The position numbers and the translations under genes are program-made. A DNA stretch of 64,000 bases from Patescibacteria group bacterium (GTDB lineage: Bacteria > Patescibacteriota > Microgenomatia > Levybacterales > UBA12049): the NCBI GenBank assembly GCA_026004395.1, contig BPJB01000001.1, forward strand, positions 161,370-225,369. The letters run 5' to 3'. This document shows, in pieces, positions 10,243-19,349 of this stretch. The notes under the pieces are model-generated. The model had not been told where the DNA came from. It was given only the letters and a program-made list of their open reading frames with translations, and searched no databases. How positions within the stretch are numbered: the stretch's first letter is position 1; each line of letters opens with the position of its first letter.

Positions 10243-10710
10243 ATGGATTCCAAAAAAATATACCTTACAAAAGACGGGCTTGAAGAACTGAAAAAAGAGT
10301 ATAACGAGCTAGTTAATGTAAAGCGTCCAGCAGTAGTTGAACGAGTTACAGAGGCTAGAAATCAAGGTGATCTCTCAGAAAACGCTCAATATGTAGCTGC
10401 AAGAGAAGAACTAGCTTTTATTGATGGCAGGATAGATGAGTTGGAGGAAATGCTTAGACAAGTATATATTATTGAGGATGATCACCAAGGAGCAACTGCA
10501 GTGAATTTGGGATCTGAGGTGACTTTAAAGATCAATGGACAACATGAAGTATATCGGGTTGTAGGAGAATGGGAGGCAGATCCAGCAGAAAAAAAGATCT
10601 CACACGAATCTCCTCTGGGTAAAGCTTTGCTCGGAAAGAAGATTGGTGACAAAGTTGAGGTTGAGGCACCTGCTGGAAAAATTGTTTATACTATTGTCTC
10701 CATTAAATAA
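10243..10710 (+). CDS. greA: Transcription elongation factor GreA
   Basis: GDLSENAQY, ISHESPLGKALLG. Start at ATG 10243. Confidence 0.96.
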   Translation: MDSKKIYLTKDGLEELKKEYNELVNVKRPAVVERVTEARNQGDLSENAQYVAAREELAFIDGRIDELEEMLRQVYIIEDDHQGATAVNLGSEVTLKINGQHEVYRVVGEWEADPAEKKISHESPLGKALLGKKIGDKVEVEAPAGKIVYTIVSIK

Positions 10711-10748
10711 GGTGTTGGATTGTAGAATCGGTTGGCAATAACTACTCC

Positions 10749-11729
10749 ATGAAGATTCATACCAATTTACCCCTCTCAAATATTACTCATTACCGTATCG
10801 GCGGAGTTGCTAAAAAAGTTCTTGAGATAACATCAAGAGAAGATCTTCTCGAGGCGGTGAAGCTTGTACAACGTCATAATCTCCAAAATGTATATATTCT
10901 TGGACTTGGATCCAATATCTTGTTACCAGATAAAAGTATTGATGGAGTAATACTTTGGATGAGAGGTAGATCAGAGTTTAGTATTCATCACTTTTCTGAG
11001 GTGGATGCTTTTGCAGGAGATTTATTAGATGATTTAATTAATTTTACATTTTCTCATCAGCTTGTTGGTCTTGAGTGGGCAGGAGGATTGCCAAGCACTA
11101 TTGGTGGTGCTATTCGCGGCAACGCGGGGGCATTTGGGTATGAGATAAAAGATATTATCAAAAGTGTTGAATATATTGATATCACAGATAAAGATCTTAA
11201 TATCAGAACTCTTTTGCAAAAAGAGTGCCAATTTGCATATAGGGATAGCATTTTTAAACATAATCCTTCGTGGGTTATCGTCAGTGGTACGTTTAAATTG
11301 AAATTGGCTTCTCAAGAAGAACTAAAAACAGCAAAAGAAATTTACGAAAAGAATATTCTTTATCGTAATACTCATCATCCCGTTGAGTACCCATCATGTG
11401 GATCTGTTTTTAAAAATATCACTCGTTTGGAGGAGGTTGAAAAAATTTTGAACGTTTGGCCTGATATTAAGGATCTTTCTCAAAAAAAATGGCATAACAA
11501 AATTGCAATGGGTTATGTGATTAATAGGCTTGGATTTTCTGGAAAACGTGTAGGAGGGGCAAAAGTATCTGAAAAACATGCAAATTATATTATTAATACT
11601 GGTAATGCAACATCTCAAGACGTACTCACCCTGATAAGAGGGATACAACAAAAATTTCAAAAAACTTTTGGATTTGTTCCTGATCCTGAAGTAATGATTG
11701 TCAATAGTAAAGTTATTGACAAAAAATAA
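10749..11729 (+). CDS. murB: UDP-N-acetylmuramate dehydrogenase
   Basis: RIGG, GLGSN, GGAIRGNAGAFG, YRDS, PSCGSVFKN, SEKHANY. Confidence 0.95.
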   Translation: MKIHTNLPLSNITHYRIGGVAKKVLEITSREDLLEAVKLVQRHNLQNVYILGLGSNILLPDKSIDGVILWMRGRSEFSIHHFSEVDAFAGDLLDDLINFTFSHQLVGLEWAGGLPSTIGGAIRGNAGAFGYEIKDIIKSVEYIDITDKDLNIRTLLQKECQFAYRDSIFKHNPSWVIVSGTFKLKLASQEELKTAKEIYEKNILYRNTHHPVEYPSCGSVFKNITRLEEVEKILNVWPDIKDLSQKKWHNKIAMGYVINRLGFSGKRVGGAKVSEKHANYIINTGNATSQDVLTLIRGIQQKFQKTFGFVPDPEVMIVNSKVIDKK

Positions 11730-11744
11730 TCCCTACATCATAAT
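11716..11744 (+). promoter_or_regulatory. sigma70 promoter for the leader-regulated operon
   Basis: TTGACA(11716-21)-17 nt-CATAAT(11739-44). Confidence 0.75.
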
Positions 11745-11757
11745 TATTGATGTCTAT

Positions 11758-11805
11758 ATGATTTGCCAAACAACATCTACCAACACAAAGAAGGACCCCC
11801 ACTAA
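11758..11805 (+). CDS. Putative attenuator leader peptide MICQTTSTNTKKDPH
   Basis: 15-codon ORF just after the promoter, with 4 Thr codons and tandem AAG-AAG Lys; its end overlaps hairpin segment 1. Confidence 0.6.
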   Translation: MICQTTSTNTKKDPH

Positions 11806-11859
11806 GAGGGGTTCTATTGCGTTGTTTTTTTTTAGGACCCCTCAGCGAAGGGGTTTTTT
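11792..11859 (+). promoter_or_regulatory. Transcription attenuator (mutually exclusive hairpins ending in an intrinsic terminator)
   Basis: 1:2 AGGACCCC/GGGGTTCT; 2:3 GAGGGGTTCTA/TAGGACCCCTC (11 bp); 3:4 GACCCCT-cagcga-AGGGGTT followed by T tract. Confidence 0.7.
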
Positions 11860-11881
11860 AGTGGTAAAAATATGAGCAATC

Positions 11882-12694
11882 TTGAAAGAATTAGCCAATT
11901 ACCTATTACTTTTTCTCAAACCTTCTCTTTACCAAAAGAGGATAAAAGTTTTTCTTGTAGATCAAAAGCAGAATAAAGAACACGATACTTGGCATCGTGC
12001 ACAAGAAATTATTCTTCATAGAGCGTCATTTAAAGATCGTGTGATTTTTGAGTTTTCTCCTTTTTACCTCTACCCAAGCGGTGAACTAGGTTATAGGACA
12101 CAATCATGGGATCATCCAGCGTTTAGAAACGGTATACGCTTTGTATCCGAGGTGAGTAGTCAAATCCCCCGGGAGAAGGTTATTCATTTTATTCTCGTGG
12201 ATGATTTTAATAACGTTCCTGAAGGTGTTACTAATTCAGATATTCTGCAACGACTAATGGAAGCCAAAAGGATTCCAGAGCTTGCTGAATCAGCATTGTT
12301 TTCACTTCATACAAATAGTCAGTCTGTTTTTTATTGGGAAAGTGATTTTGTTCAAGAAGGTGTTAAAAACTCTTGCAGTAATCTTGATGCAGCATTCCAA
12401 AAAGAAAAGATTCTTTTTGATAGAAAAGCTGATGAAGTGAACCTTCAAAATCTTAAATCAACGCTTCTTGTTGTCGCTCATCCAGTTGAATTCAGATCTC
12501 AGCAATCCCTTATGCTTTCTTCTCTTCTGAGAGAGATGAAACACCCTCCATTTCAAAGGATGAGTAAACTAGAACGTTTTACCACACTCAGTGAAATGTA
12601 TTGCCATGTTTGGTTTGATGATGAGGGAAATATAGATAATGTGACAAGACCATTTTGGGATGGAAATAAATTCGTACATGAGGAGCTGATGTAA
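11882..12694 (+). CDS. Hypothetical protein, possibly class I aaRS-like (HUP/Rossmann) fold; true start may be ATG 11872 with a frameshift
   Basis: Motif order VIFEFSP...ILVDDF...YWESDF...SCSNLDAAFQKEK...VVAHP..F..QQ resembles ArgRS-like cores (by eye). Confidence 0.45.
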   Translation: MKELANYLLLFLKPSLYQKRIKVFLVDQKQNKEHDTWHRAQEIILHRASFKDRVIFEFSPFYLYPSGELGYRTQSWDHPAFRNGIRFVSEVSSQIPREKVIHFILVDDFNNVPEGVTNSDILQRLMEAKRIPELAESALFSLHTNSQSVFYWESDFVQEGVKNSCSNLDAAFQKEKILFDRKADEVNLQNLKSTLLVVAHPVEFRSQQSLMLSSLLREMKHPPFQRMSKLERFTTLSEMYCHVWFDDEGNIDNVTRPFWDGNKFVHEELM

Positions 12695-12695
12695 T

Positions 12696-13799
12696 ATGCA
12701 GCAGAAAGATCTTCAATTACTTCAACTTATTCATTATGAGGGTGCAGGAAATAAGACTCCAGTTCTTGCAATTGATGCAGTTATTAAAAATCTTGCTTCT
12801 TCCCCTGAGGAAGTGAGATGGCAACTTGAGAAAGACATGACTTTTCGTAAGTGGCTCAAGAAACAGGGACAAAAATACAATGCAGACTCTATTATGATTT
12901 GTTATAAATCACAGGATTTACAGTATGACTATGTTACTTTTGTTGGCGAACCACATAGTGATTTGTCTTCCAGTTTTTCCAATATGTGCGGTAATGGTAT
13001 ACGCTGTCTAGCACTGCATATTGTAGTTTCAGAAAATAATCTGCAGCAGCAAAAGAAATATCTTCAAAAAGGGATAAAAATCTGGGCAGGTGATATCAAA
13101 CATGTCAAAGTACTCAATCTTAATAGAGAATTAATTTCTGCTGACGTAGAAGTTAATTTAGGTAAATTTTATTCTGATAAAGATAGTTCTTTTCCTTTTC
13201 TTAATACCTCATACTTTAATCTCAAATCTTTCGATGCTTTTTTCCTTCCTTCGGAATTAAATGTACCTGATCCCTTTTATAAGCGGAAATTTGGATTTGG
13301 CTACAACGGCGATAAATTTAAAGGAGAACCGCATCTTGTGTTGTTAAATACTTTAAAAGAGTATGAAAAATTGATTACAGATTTGAATGTGGATCTTAAT
13401 CTATCTTCAAAAGAATCTATTTTGGATTCTCTCTCTCAGGTGGTTTGTATCTTAGGCAAAGAAATAACATTTGCCCGTAAATTTTTTCCAGTGGGAATAA
13501 ATGTCAATGTAGGAGTTTTTATTGACAATATTCTTTATATGGCTACTCATGAAAGGAATCTTTCTGAAAGTAGAGATATGTGTCAAGCTCAACAAGAAAA
13601 AAACAATAATATCTGTCGCTGTCAGACAAAAGCTTGTGGTACCGGAGGAGCTGTTGCTTGCAATATTGCAATCAGACAAGGATATATTGAATGTTCGAGT
13701 ATGACAACGATTCATCCTGGGGGAATATTACGTTTTAAAGTTGAAAATAAGCAGACTATAATGATTGGTCCTGCTAGAAAGGTGGAGTTTTATGATTGA
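12696..13799 (+). CDS. Divergent diaminopimelate epimerase (DapF)-fold racemase/epimerase
   Basis: GAGN, NMCGNGIRC, GEPHLV, FPVGINVN, HER, TKACGTGG, HPGG, MIGPA; both catalytic Cys present. Confidence 0.85.
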   Translation: MQQKDLQLLQLIHYEGAGNKTPVLAIDAVIKNLASSPEEVRWQLEKDMTFRKWLKKQGQKYNADSIMICYKSQDLQYDYVTFVGEPHSDLSSSFSNMCGNGIRCLALHIVVSENNLQQQKKYLQKGIKIWAGDIKHVKVLNLNRELISADVEVNLGKFYSDKDSSFPFLNTSYFNLKSFDAFFLPSELNVPDPFYKRKFGFGYNGDKFKGEPHLVLLNTLKEYEKLITDLNVDLNLSSKESILDSLSQVVCILGKEITFARKFFPVGINVNVGVFIDNILYMATHERNLSESRDMCQAQQEKNNNICRCQTKACGTGGAVACNIAIRQGYIECSSMTTIHPGGILRFKVENKQTIMIGPARKVEFYD

Positions 13800-14502
13800 G
13801 CAATATAAAAATCTTCTTTCTTATGAATCAGAGCAACAGTATCCAGTACGTAAAGAATGGTTTAAGGGTTTTCTCAGTGGAAACTTACTTTGGCCCCAAA
13901 ATAACATAGGTATACGTTTTTTAACTCTTGCTTCAGTACTGAGGGATCAGCCCAAAAACTGGCAGGAATTTGCACAAAGTAAGTTTACTTCTGAGCAAGA
14001 AATGCTACTTGGAAAAGTTATGTCAAGAGCTCATAGATTACGAGAGATCCCTATTGTGACTAATGAATTCCATAAGAATGGTGATTTAATTATCACAAAC
14101 TACAGACTTCAGGAACTTTGGAGTGCAACCAAAGCGTATGTATATGCGGATATACTAAACTATATAGATGAGGATTTCAAACTGGAATGGAATATGACCT
14201 TTAGCGCTCCAATAACTCTAACTGCACAGAATACAAAAAAAATACAGGATTTTTTTAATGCAGATGAGGAATTATCGAGAAGAACCACCTTAATAAAAAT
14301 TGTAGGAGGAGTTGCTGAGTGTTTGAGAACGAAAGAAGCATTAAATTGTGCATCTTCTTATAAAGAAGAACTCCTTAATAACAGAAACACTTTTTCTCCT
14401 CGAGCGATCGAAATACGTAAACAATTAAAGCTTATCCTAACAGAATTTCTCTCACAACAATATCCCAATGAAGCATTTGATAGGCTGTTTTGGGGAATGT
14501 GA
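13792..14502 (+). CDS. Hypothetical protein
   Basis: ATG 13792 with upstream GGAG, overlapping the stop of the epimerase gene (translational coupling); no motif recognised. Confidence 0.7.
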   Translation: MIEQYKNLLSYESEQQYPVRKEWFKGFLSGNLLWPQNNIGIRFLTLASVLRDQPKNWQEFAQSKFTSEQEMLLGKVMSRAHRLREIPIVTNEFHKNGDLIITNYRLQELWSATKAYVYADILNYIDEDFKLEWNMTFSAPITLTAQNTKKIQDFFNADEELSRRTTLIKIVGGVAECLRTKEALNCASSYKEELLNNRNTFSPRAIEIRKQLKLILTEFLSQQYPNEAFDRLFWGM

Positions 14503-14545
14503 TCTTCTTGTTTAGATTGTAAAATGAAGGTAAAATAGTATTACT

Positions 14546-16066
14546 ATGTTTTGGGCAGATCAAGTAGCAAAAGAAATTAAAAAAAGGAATTTACCTCTTG
14601 AGTGGGTAGATGATATGAAAACTCCATCCGGTAGAGTTCATGTTGGTTCCCTTTTAGGAGTTGTTTTCCATGATCTTGTATACAAAGCTTTAATTGATAT
14701 TGGAGTAAACGCAAAATTTACGTATGTTTTTGAAAATCATGACCCAATGGATGATATTCCAGTTTATCTTCCTCGTGAGAAATATGAAAAATATCTAGGC
14801 ATGCCCTTATTTAAAATACCGTCTCCAGTTGAAGGTTATAAAGATTTTGCTGAGTATTATGCACTTGAATTTAAAAATACGTTTAATGCTATTGGATGTT
14901 CTCCTGAGATTCTCTGGACAAAAGATCTCTATACTAGTGGAAAGATGAATAAAGGTGTAAAGCTGGTTTTAGACAATGCTGAGGAGATTAGAAATATCTA
15001 CAAAGAACTATATAAAAAAACAATGCCCAGTGACTGGTATCCTTTTCAGGTGTATTGTGAGTCGTGTGGTAAGGTATCCACAACACGTGTTTATAAATGG
15101 GATGGAGAATTAGTGCATTATCGTTGCCTAGTTAATGCTCTTGAATGGACGAAAGGTTGTGGTTATGAAGGTAAAACATCTCCCTTTAGTGATGCATCAG
15201 GGATTAAAGGAAAACTTCCCTGGAAAGTAGAGTGGCCAGTGAAGTGGCAGGCAATTGGGGTGACAGTTGAAGGAGCTGGAAAAGATCATATGAGTAAAGG
15301 AGGATCGCATGATTTTGCTATATTGGTGTGCGAGAGAGTTCTCCATTATCCTGTACCTTATCCTATAGCGTATGAATTTATGTTGATAGGAGGTAAAAAA
15401 ATGTCCTCTTCTAAAGGTCGCGGATTTGCTGCTGCTGATATGCTTAAGATTCTTCCTCCAGAATTACTAAGATTTCTCATAGTGAAAATGAATCCGCAGC
15501 AACAAACTAATTTTGATCCATCCCAACCTGATACAATTCCTAGACTTTTTGATGAGTATCAGGAATATGCCAAACATTTTTTAGAAAAAAGGAATGATGA
15601 TGAGTCAAGAATTTTTGAGTTTTCTCAGATTAATGGGATAAAAATGCCTCCTGAGATTCGTTTTTCTACTCTTGCACAGTGGGTACAGATGCCCAATATG
15701 AATCAGCGTATAAAAGAAGAAGGACTAGAAGAATGGGCTAAATATGCTCGAGTTTGGGTAGAACGTTTTGCACCAGAGTCCGAGAAATTCACTATACAAC
15801 AGCATGTCCCCAAGGAGGCGTATTCTCTCTCAGAAAAACAAAAAGAATTTCTTAAAGTTATTGCTGGGATAATTCGAGAAGGATTAAATCCAGATGATTT
15901 TCAAAAACTAATTTATGATAAGGCAAAAGAGATGGATCTTTCCTCAAAAGATGCTTTTGCAGCAATCTACACTGTTCTTTTGGGCAAGAACCATGGACCA
16001 CGAGCAGCTTGGTTAATTTTATCTTTAGATCCTTCATTTGTTAAGGAGAGATTTACATCTCTTTAA
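14546..16066 (+). CDS. lysS: Lysine--tRNA ligase, class I
   Basis: TPSGRVHVG, CxxCG zinc motif, GKLPWKVEWP, GKDH, KMSSSKG, GPR. Confidence 0.95.
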   Translation: MFWADQVAKEIKKRNLPLEWVDDMKTPSGRVHVGSLLGVVFHDLVYKALIDIGVNAKFTYVFENHDPMDDIPVYLPREKYEKYLGMPLFKIPSPVEGYKDFAEYYALEFKNTFNAIGCSPEILWTKDLYTSGKMNKGVKLVLDNAEEIRNIYKELYKKTMPSDWYPFQVYCESCGKVSTTRVYKWDGELVHYRCLVNALEWTKGCGYEGKTSPFSDASGIKGKLPWKVEWPVKWQAIGVTVEGAGKDHMSKGGSHDFAILVCERVLHYPVPYPIAYEFMLIGGKKMSSSKGRGFAAADMLKILPPELLRFLIVKMNPQQQTNFDPSQPDTIPRLFDEYQEYAKHFLEKRNDDESRIFEFSQINGIKMPPEIRFSTLAQWVQMPNMNQRIKEEGLEEWAKYARVWVERFAPESEKFTIQQHVPKEAYSLSEKQKEFLKVIAGIIREGLNPDDFQKLIYDKAKEMDLSSKDAFAAIYTVLLGKNHGPRAAWLILSLDPSFVKERFTSL

Positions 16067-16126
16067 AATCAATTTCACAAGTTTGTCACTGTCTAGTGTA
16101 TATGATATAGTAATTTCTCAAAGGTT

Positions 16127-16981
16127 ATGAGGAAGGCTCTATTTATTCTCATCCCATCCTTAATTCTCGCAACTTCTATTTTTTTTCTGATACAAATTTT
16201 TCTTATTCGTAGTAATGACAAAGGCGCACTTCAGGTAACAGCATCTCCCAAAAGCAAGGTATATCTCAATGGGGAGTTTATAGGGGAAACTCCTCTTTGC
16301 AGATGTGAACAGGATAATATGCTTAAAGTAGGCAAATATAATATCAAACTTGTTCCTACAACAAGTGGATTTTCTGAATTTCAAGAAAAGATTATTGTGT
16401 CAAAATCAGTATTGACAGTTGTTGATCATAAATTCGGTAAAGGAGCGACCTCTGAGGGAAGCATTATTACACTTCAGCCTCTAAAAGAGAGTAATACAAG
16501 ATCTCTTTTAGTACTTTCAATACCTGATAAATCTGAGGTACTTCTTGACAATACATCAGTAGGATTTACACCGGTACTTATTAAAGATATTACCGAGTCC
16601 GATCATGAGCTGATTATCAGAAAAAGCGGCTATGCAGAAAAAAAAGTGAAGATAAGAACACCCACAGGCTATCAATTATTAGCTAAGGTATATCTAGGTG
16701 TTGATGAGGAAGAGATTGTTTTATCTCCTACACCTTCTCCAACTTCAGCTTCTCCTTCTGCAACACCAACTCCTCCTATTCGGAAAGTAACTATTTTACA
16801 AACACCAGTAGGTTTTTTGCGAGTCAGAGCAGAAAGTAACATAGAATCTTCTGAAATCGGTAGAGTAACTCCCGGACAAGAGTTTGAGCTATTAGATGAG
16901 GTTAGAGGATGGTACAAGATTAAATTGTCTGATGGCAAAGAAGGTTGGATTAGTAATCAATATGCAAAGAAAATCGAATAA
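16127..16981 (+). CDS. Exported PEGA-domain protein with Pro/Thr linker and C-terminal SH3b domain
   Basis: N-terminal TM, two GxTP PEGA-like repeats, SPTPSPT linker, LRVR...GWYKI...GWIS. Confidence 0.8.
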   Translation: MRKALFILIPSLILATSIFFLIQIFLIRSNDKGALQVTASPKSKVYLNGEFIGETPLCRCEQDNMLKVGKYNIKLVPTTSGFSEFQEKIIVSKSVLTVVDHKFGKGATSEGSIITLQPLKESNTRSLLVLSIPDKSEVLLDNTSVGFTPVLIKDITESDHELIIRKSGYAEKKVKIRTPTGYQLLAKVYLGVDEEEIVLSPTPSPTSASPSATPTPPIRKVTILQTPVGFLRVRAESNIESSEIGRVTPGQEFELLDEVRGWYKIKLSDGKEGWISNQYAKKIE

Positions 16982-17926
16982 CTAAGACTGAATAACGTAA
17001 ATAATGACAATAACCATTAATGCCCATAATAATACGGTTGCAAGTAATGGTTTATCAGAAAACAATACCTTCTCAGGGCTTTCTCCTTCATGCTTTTCGT
17101 AAATGTCTTGCATATATCTCATTAATCCATAAACGACAGGAATGATAGTTAACATCAACCATTTTCGCTGAAGATACGTTGGAAGAAAATCAGGAAAGAG
17201 AAGTTCATTGGTAATAGTAAACCGACGCGAATTTTCAAGGAAGGTGAAGAGAGAATAAGAGATAAATGTTGATGTAGCAAAAATAGATGTATAGACGTCA
17301 AGCAATCTTTCTGAATAATGTGAAAGAGATTTGCGAACTTCAGCAATATTTTTAATATTTTCTTGCGATACTAAAGTAAGTTCTCGACGTCTTTTTCCAA
17401 TAGCTAAAAATAGCGATAAAGAAATCGTTGTTAAAAGTAGCCAAACAGATATATGATAGCCGCTAAGAAACTCCCCAGCATACACTCTGAGAATATAACC
17501 TCCAGCAAGCGCTAAGATGTCAATTACAGCGATATGTTTTAGAACAATTGAATATGAAAGTTGAAGGATGACATAAACCAAAGTAATCAAGAAAAAAGTA
17601 GGTGATATCAGAAAACTTGCGATAATTCCAGTTATGCCAAGTGCCAAAGCGATAACAATCGCTTCAAAAATAGAAACATCGTTATGGGCAAGTGGACGAA
17701 ATTGTTTAAAAGGATGTAGCCTATCTTTGTTGATATCAAAAATATCATTGATTACATAGATTGCTGAGGATGTGATACAAAAAACAATAAATCCTGCAAT
17801 TGTCTCTTCCAGAATTACCGGTGTAAATAATTCACCATTAAACGTGATAGCGGCAAAGATCGCTAGATTTTTGATCCACTGTCTAGGTCGTAGTAATCGT
17901 ATAATGTTTCTAATCTTCTTTCTCAT
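16982..17926 (-). CDS. UbiA-family prenyltransferase (decaprenyl-phosphate phosphoribosyltransferase-like)
   Basis: LRPRQWIKN, YVINDIFD..DRLHPFK..RPLA, KRRREL. Start ATG 17926. Confidence 0.88.
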   Translation of the reverse strand: MRKKIRNIIRLLRPRQWIKNLAIFAAITFNGELFTPVILEETIAGFIVFCITSSAIYVINDIFDINKDRLHPFKQFRPLAHNDVSIFEAIVIALALGITGIIASFLISPTFFLITLVYVILQLSYSIVLKHIAVIDILALAGGYILRVYAGEFLSGYHISVWLLLTTISLSLFLAIGKRRRELTLVSQENIKNIAEVRKSLSHYSERLLDVYTSIFATSTFISYSLFTFLENSRRFTITNELLFPDFLPTYLQRKWLMLTIIPVVYGLMRYMQDIYEKHEGESPEKVLFSDKPLLATVLLWALMVIVIIYVIQS

Positions 17927-18983
17927 GGGGTAAGCGGAGTACGTAATGCAAAAAAAGTAAACCGCCTCCAACAATAACAATTAGCATAACAATAGCAAAA
18001 AGTTTGCTTTTGCTATGTAGTGTTAAAGCTATTGAGCCCAATATAGCAGAGATGCTCCAATAAAACAATGCGATTTGTCTTTGAGTATAACCAAGTCTTA
18101 GCAATAAGTGATGTAAGTGTTTATTGTCGTGCCAAAATGGTGATTTGCCGGAGAGAAGTCGTCGAGCAATTGTGAATAATGCATCTACTGTTGGTATTCC
18201 CATGACAAGAATTGCTGTTGCTAACTTCGCGCTTGAGAGAATTGAGACAACAGCAAGCAGCAGATACATACTGGTTGCTCCATATCCTGGAAAAATTTTT
18301 GCTGGATAAAAGTTATACATAAGAAATCCAAGCGATGCTCCTGCAATAATGAATGAGAGATTAGCATCAATAAGGTTTTTGGTATCAACGAAGGGGAAAC
18401 GCAGGCTTAATAAGCCAATAACAATTGCTGATATGGCAACAATACCAGGCATTTGGCCATCAACCCCTTTACTCCAATTCAGCATGTTCATTACCCAAAT
18501 AATCCAAATGCCAGCAATAATATCTCCAAGTGTTATTCCCAAGAAAGGAATAGAGTATGTATCAAGATAAAGAATCCCTCCAAAAGGGTGGGTGATAAAA
18601 GGTACGCTGACTCCGCTGCCCACCACAATTACTGCACAGAGAATATTAATTAGAAACCTCAGATAAGGTGAAACATCTTTTGCTTTTGCGTTGTATTGAT
18701 CATCAATAACTCCAACGACAAGTGCCAGGAATGCTGCAAAAAATATTGCAATTGTTATGGACGTTATAGGAATGAAGAAGATGCTAGTAAGGAAGATACC
18801 AAGAAAAAGTGGTATGCCTCCACCTCTGGGAATAGGTCTTGTGTGAATGATGCCGGGATGCTTATGGATTGAAGGATCATCTACCAAACCTCTTTTTTTA
18901 ATAAAAGGCAAGAGTATCCTCACCAAGATTGTAGTCAAGAAAAAGGCTAAAATAAAAGGAATAAGAAATGGTAGTAATTTCAT
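17910..18983 (-). CDS. MraY/WecA/TagO-family polyprenyl-phosphate HexNAc-1-P transferase
   Basis: PRGGG, GVIDD, N..GVDG, NFYPAKIF, HLHH. Confidence 0.88.
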   Translation of the reverse strand: MKLLPFLIPFILAFFLTTILVRILLPFIKKRGLVDDPSIHKHPGIIHTRPIPRGGGIPLFLGIFLTSIFFIPITSITIAIFFAAFLALVVGVIDDQYNAKAKDVSPYLRFLINILCAVIVVGSGVSVPFITHPFGGILYLDTYSIPFLGITLGDIIAGIWIIWVMNMLNWSKGVDGQMPGIVAISAIVIGLLSLRFPFVDTKNLIDANLSFIIAGASLGFLMYNFYPAKIFPGYGATSMYLLLAVVSILSSAKLATAILVMGIPTVDALFTIARRLLSGKSPFWHDNKHLHHLLLRLGYTQRQIALFYWSISAILGSIALTLHSKSKLFAIVMLIVIVGGGLLFLHYVLRLPHEKED

Positions 18984-19349
18984 TTAGATAATAAGTTGTG
19001 TAATCCTAAAAATGAATATTATTGTAATAAGAGTCAAAAGCAAACTGGTAACGCCTAACATGCGTGCAAGAAGGGGAATTTTGTTGTAGAGGAAATTTAT
19101 TAATAACGCATTTAGAATTACAGCAAAAAATGCTACAATGGGGGCAATAAAGAGTTGCCATTTACCCCCTAAACGAGCAGCTCCCCAAGGCATTTGATTG
19201 TAAAGAGGTAAGAAATTAGGAAGATAGCGATATACAAAAATAATATAAAGTAATGATAAAAACAGGAGAAAACATGAGGCAAGTATTGAAAAACTAATAA
19301 TCTTGTCTTTTTTCAAATAATTAATTAATGCGTTCATAAAGATGTACAT
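18984..19349 (-). CDS. Small membrane protein (3 TM)
   Basis: Hydrophobic ORF in operon; LP..LPLY..PWG. Confidence 0.65.
   Translation of the reverse strand: MYIFMNALINYLKKDKIISFSILASCFLLFLSLLYIIFVYRYLPNFLPLYNQMPWGAARLGGKWQLFIAPIVAFFAVILNALLINFLYNKIPLLARMLGVTSLLLTLITIIFIFRITQLII

Noticed and set aside
11792-11859. GGACCCC...GGGGTT seen twice, considered as a CRISPR/REP repeat or T-box
   Set aside because: Only two copies, no spacers or cas genes, too short for a T-box and no T-box motif seen; better explained as attenuator segments
12696-13799. Naming the gene dapF and inferring lysine biosynthesis
   Set aside because: Too divergent, and no other dap/lys genes are in the window
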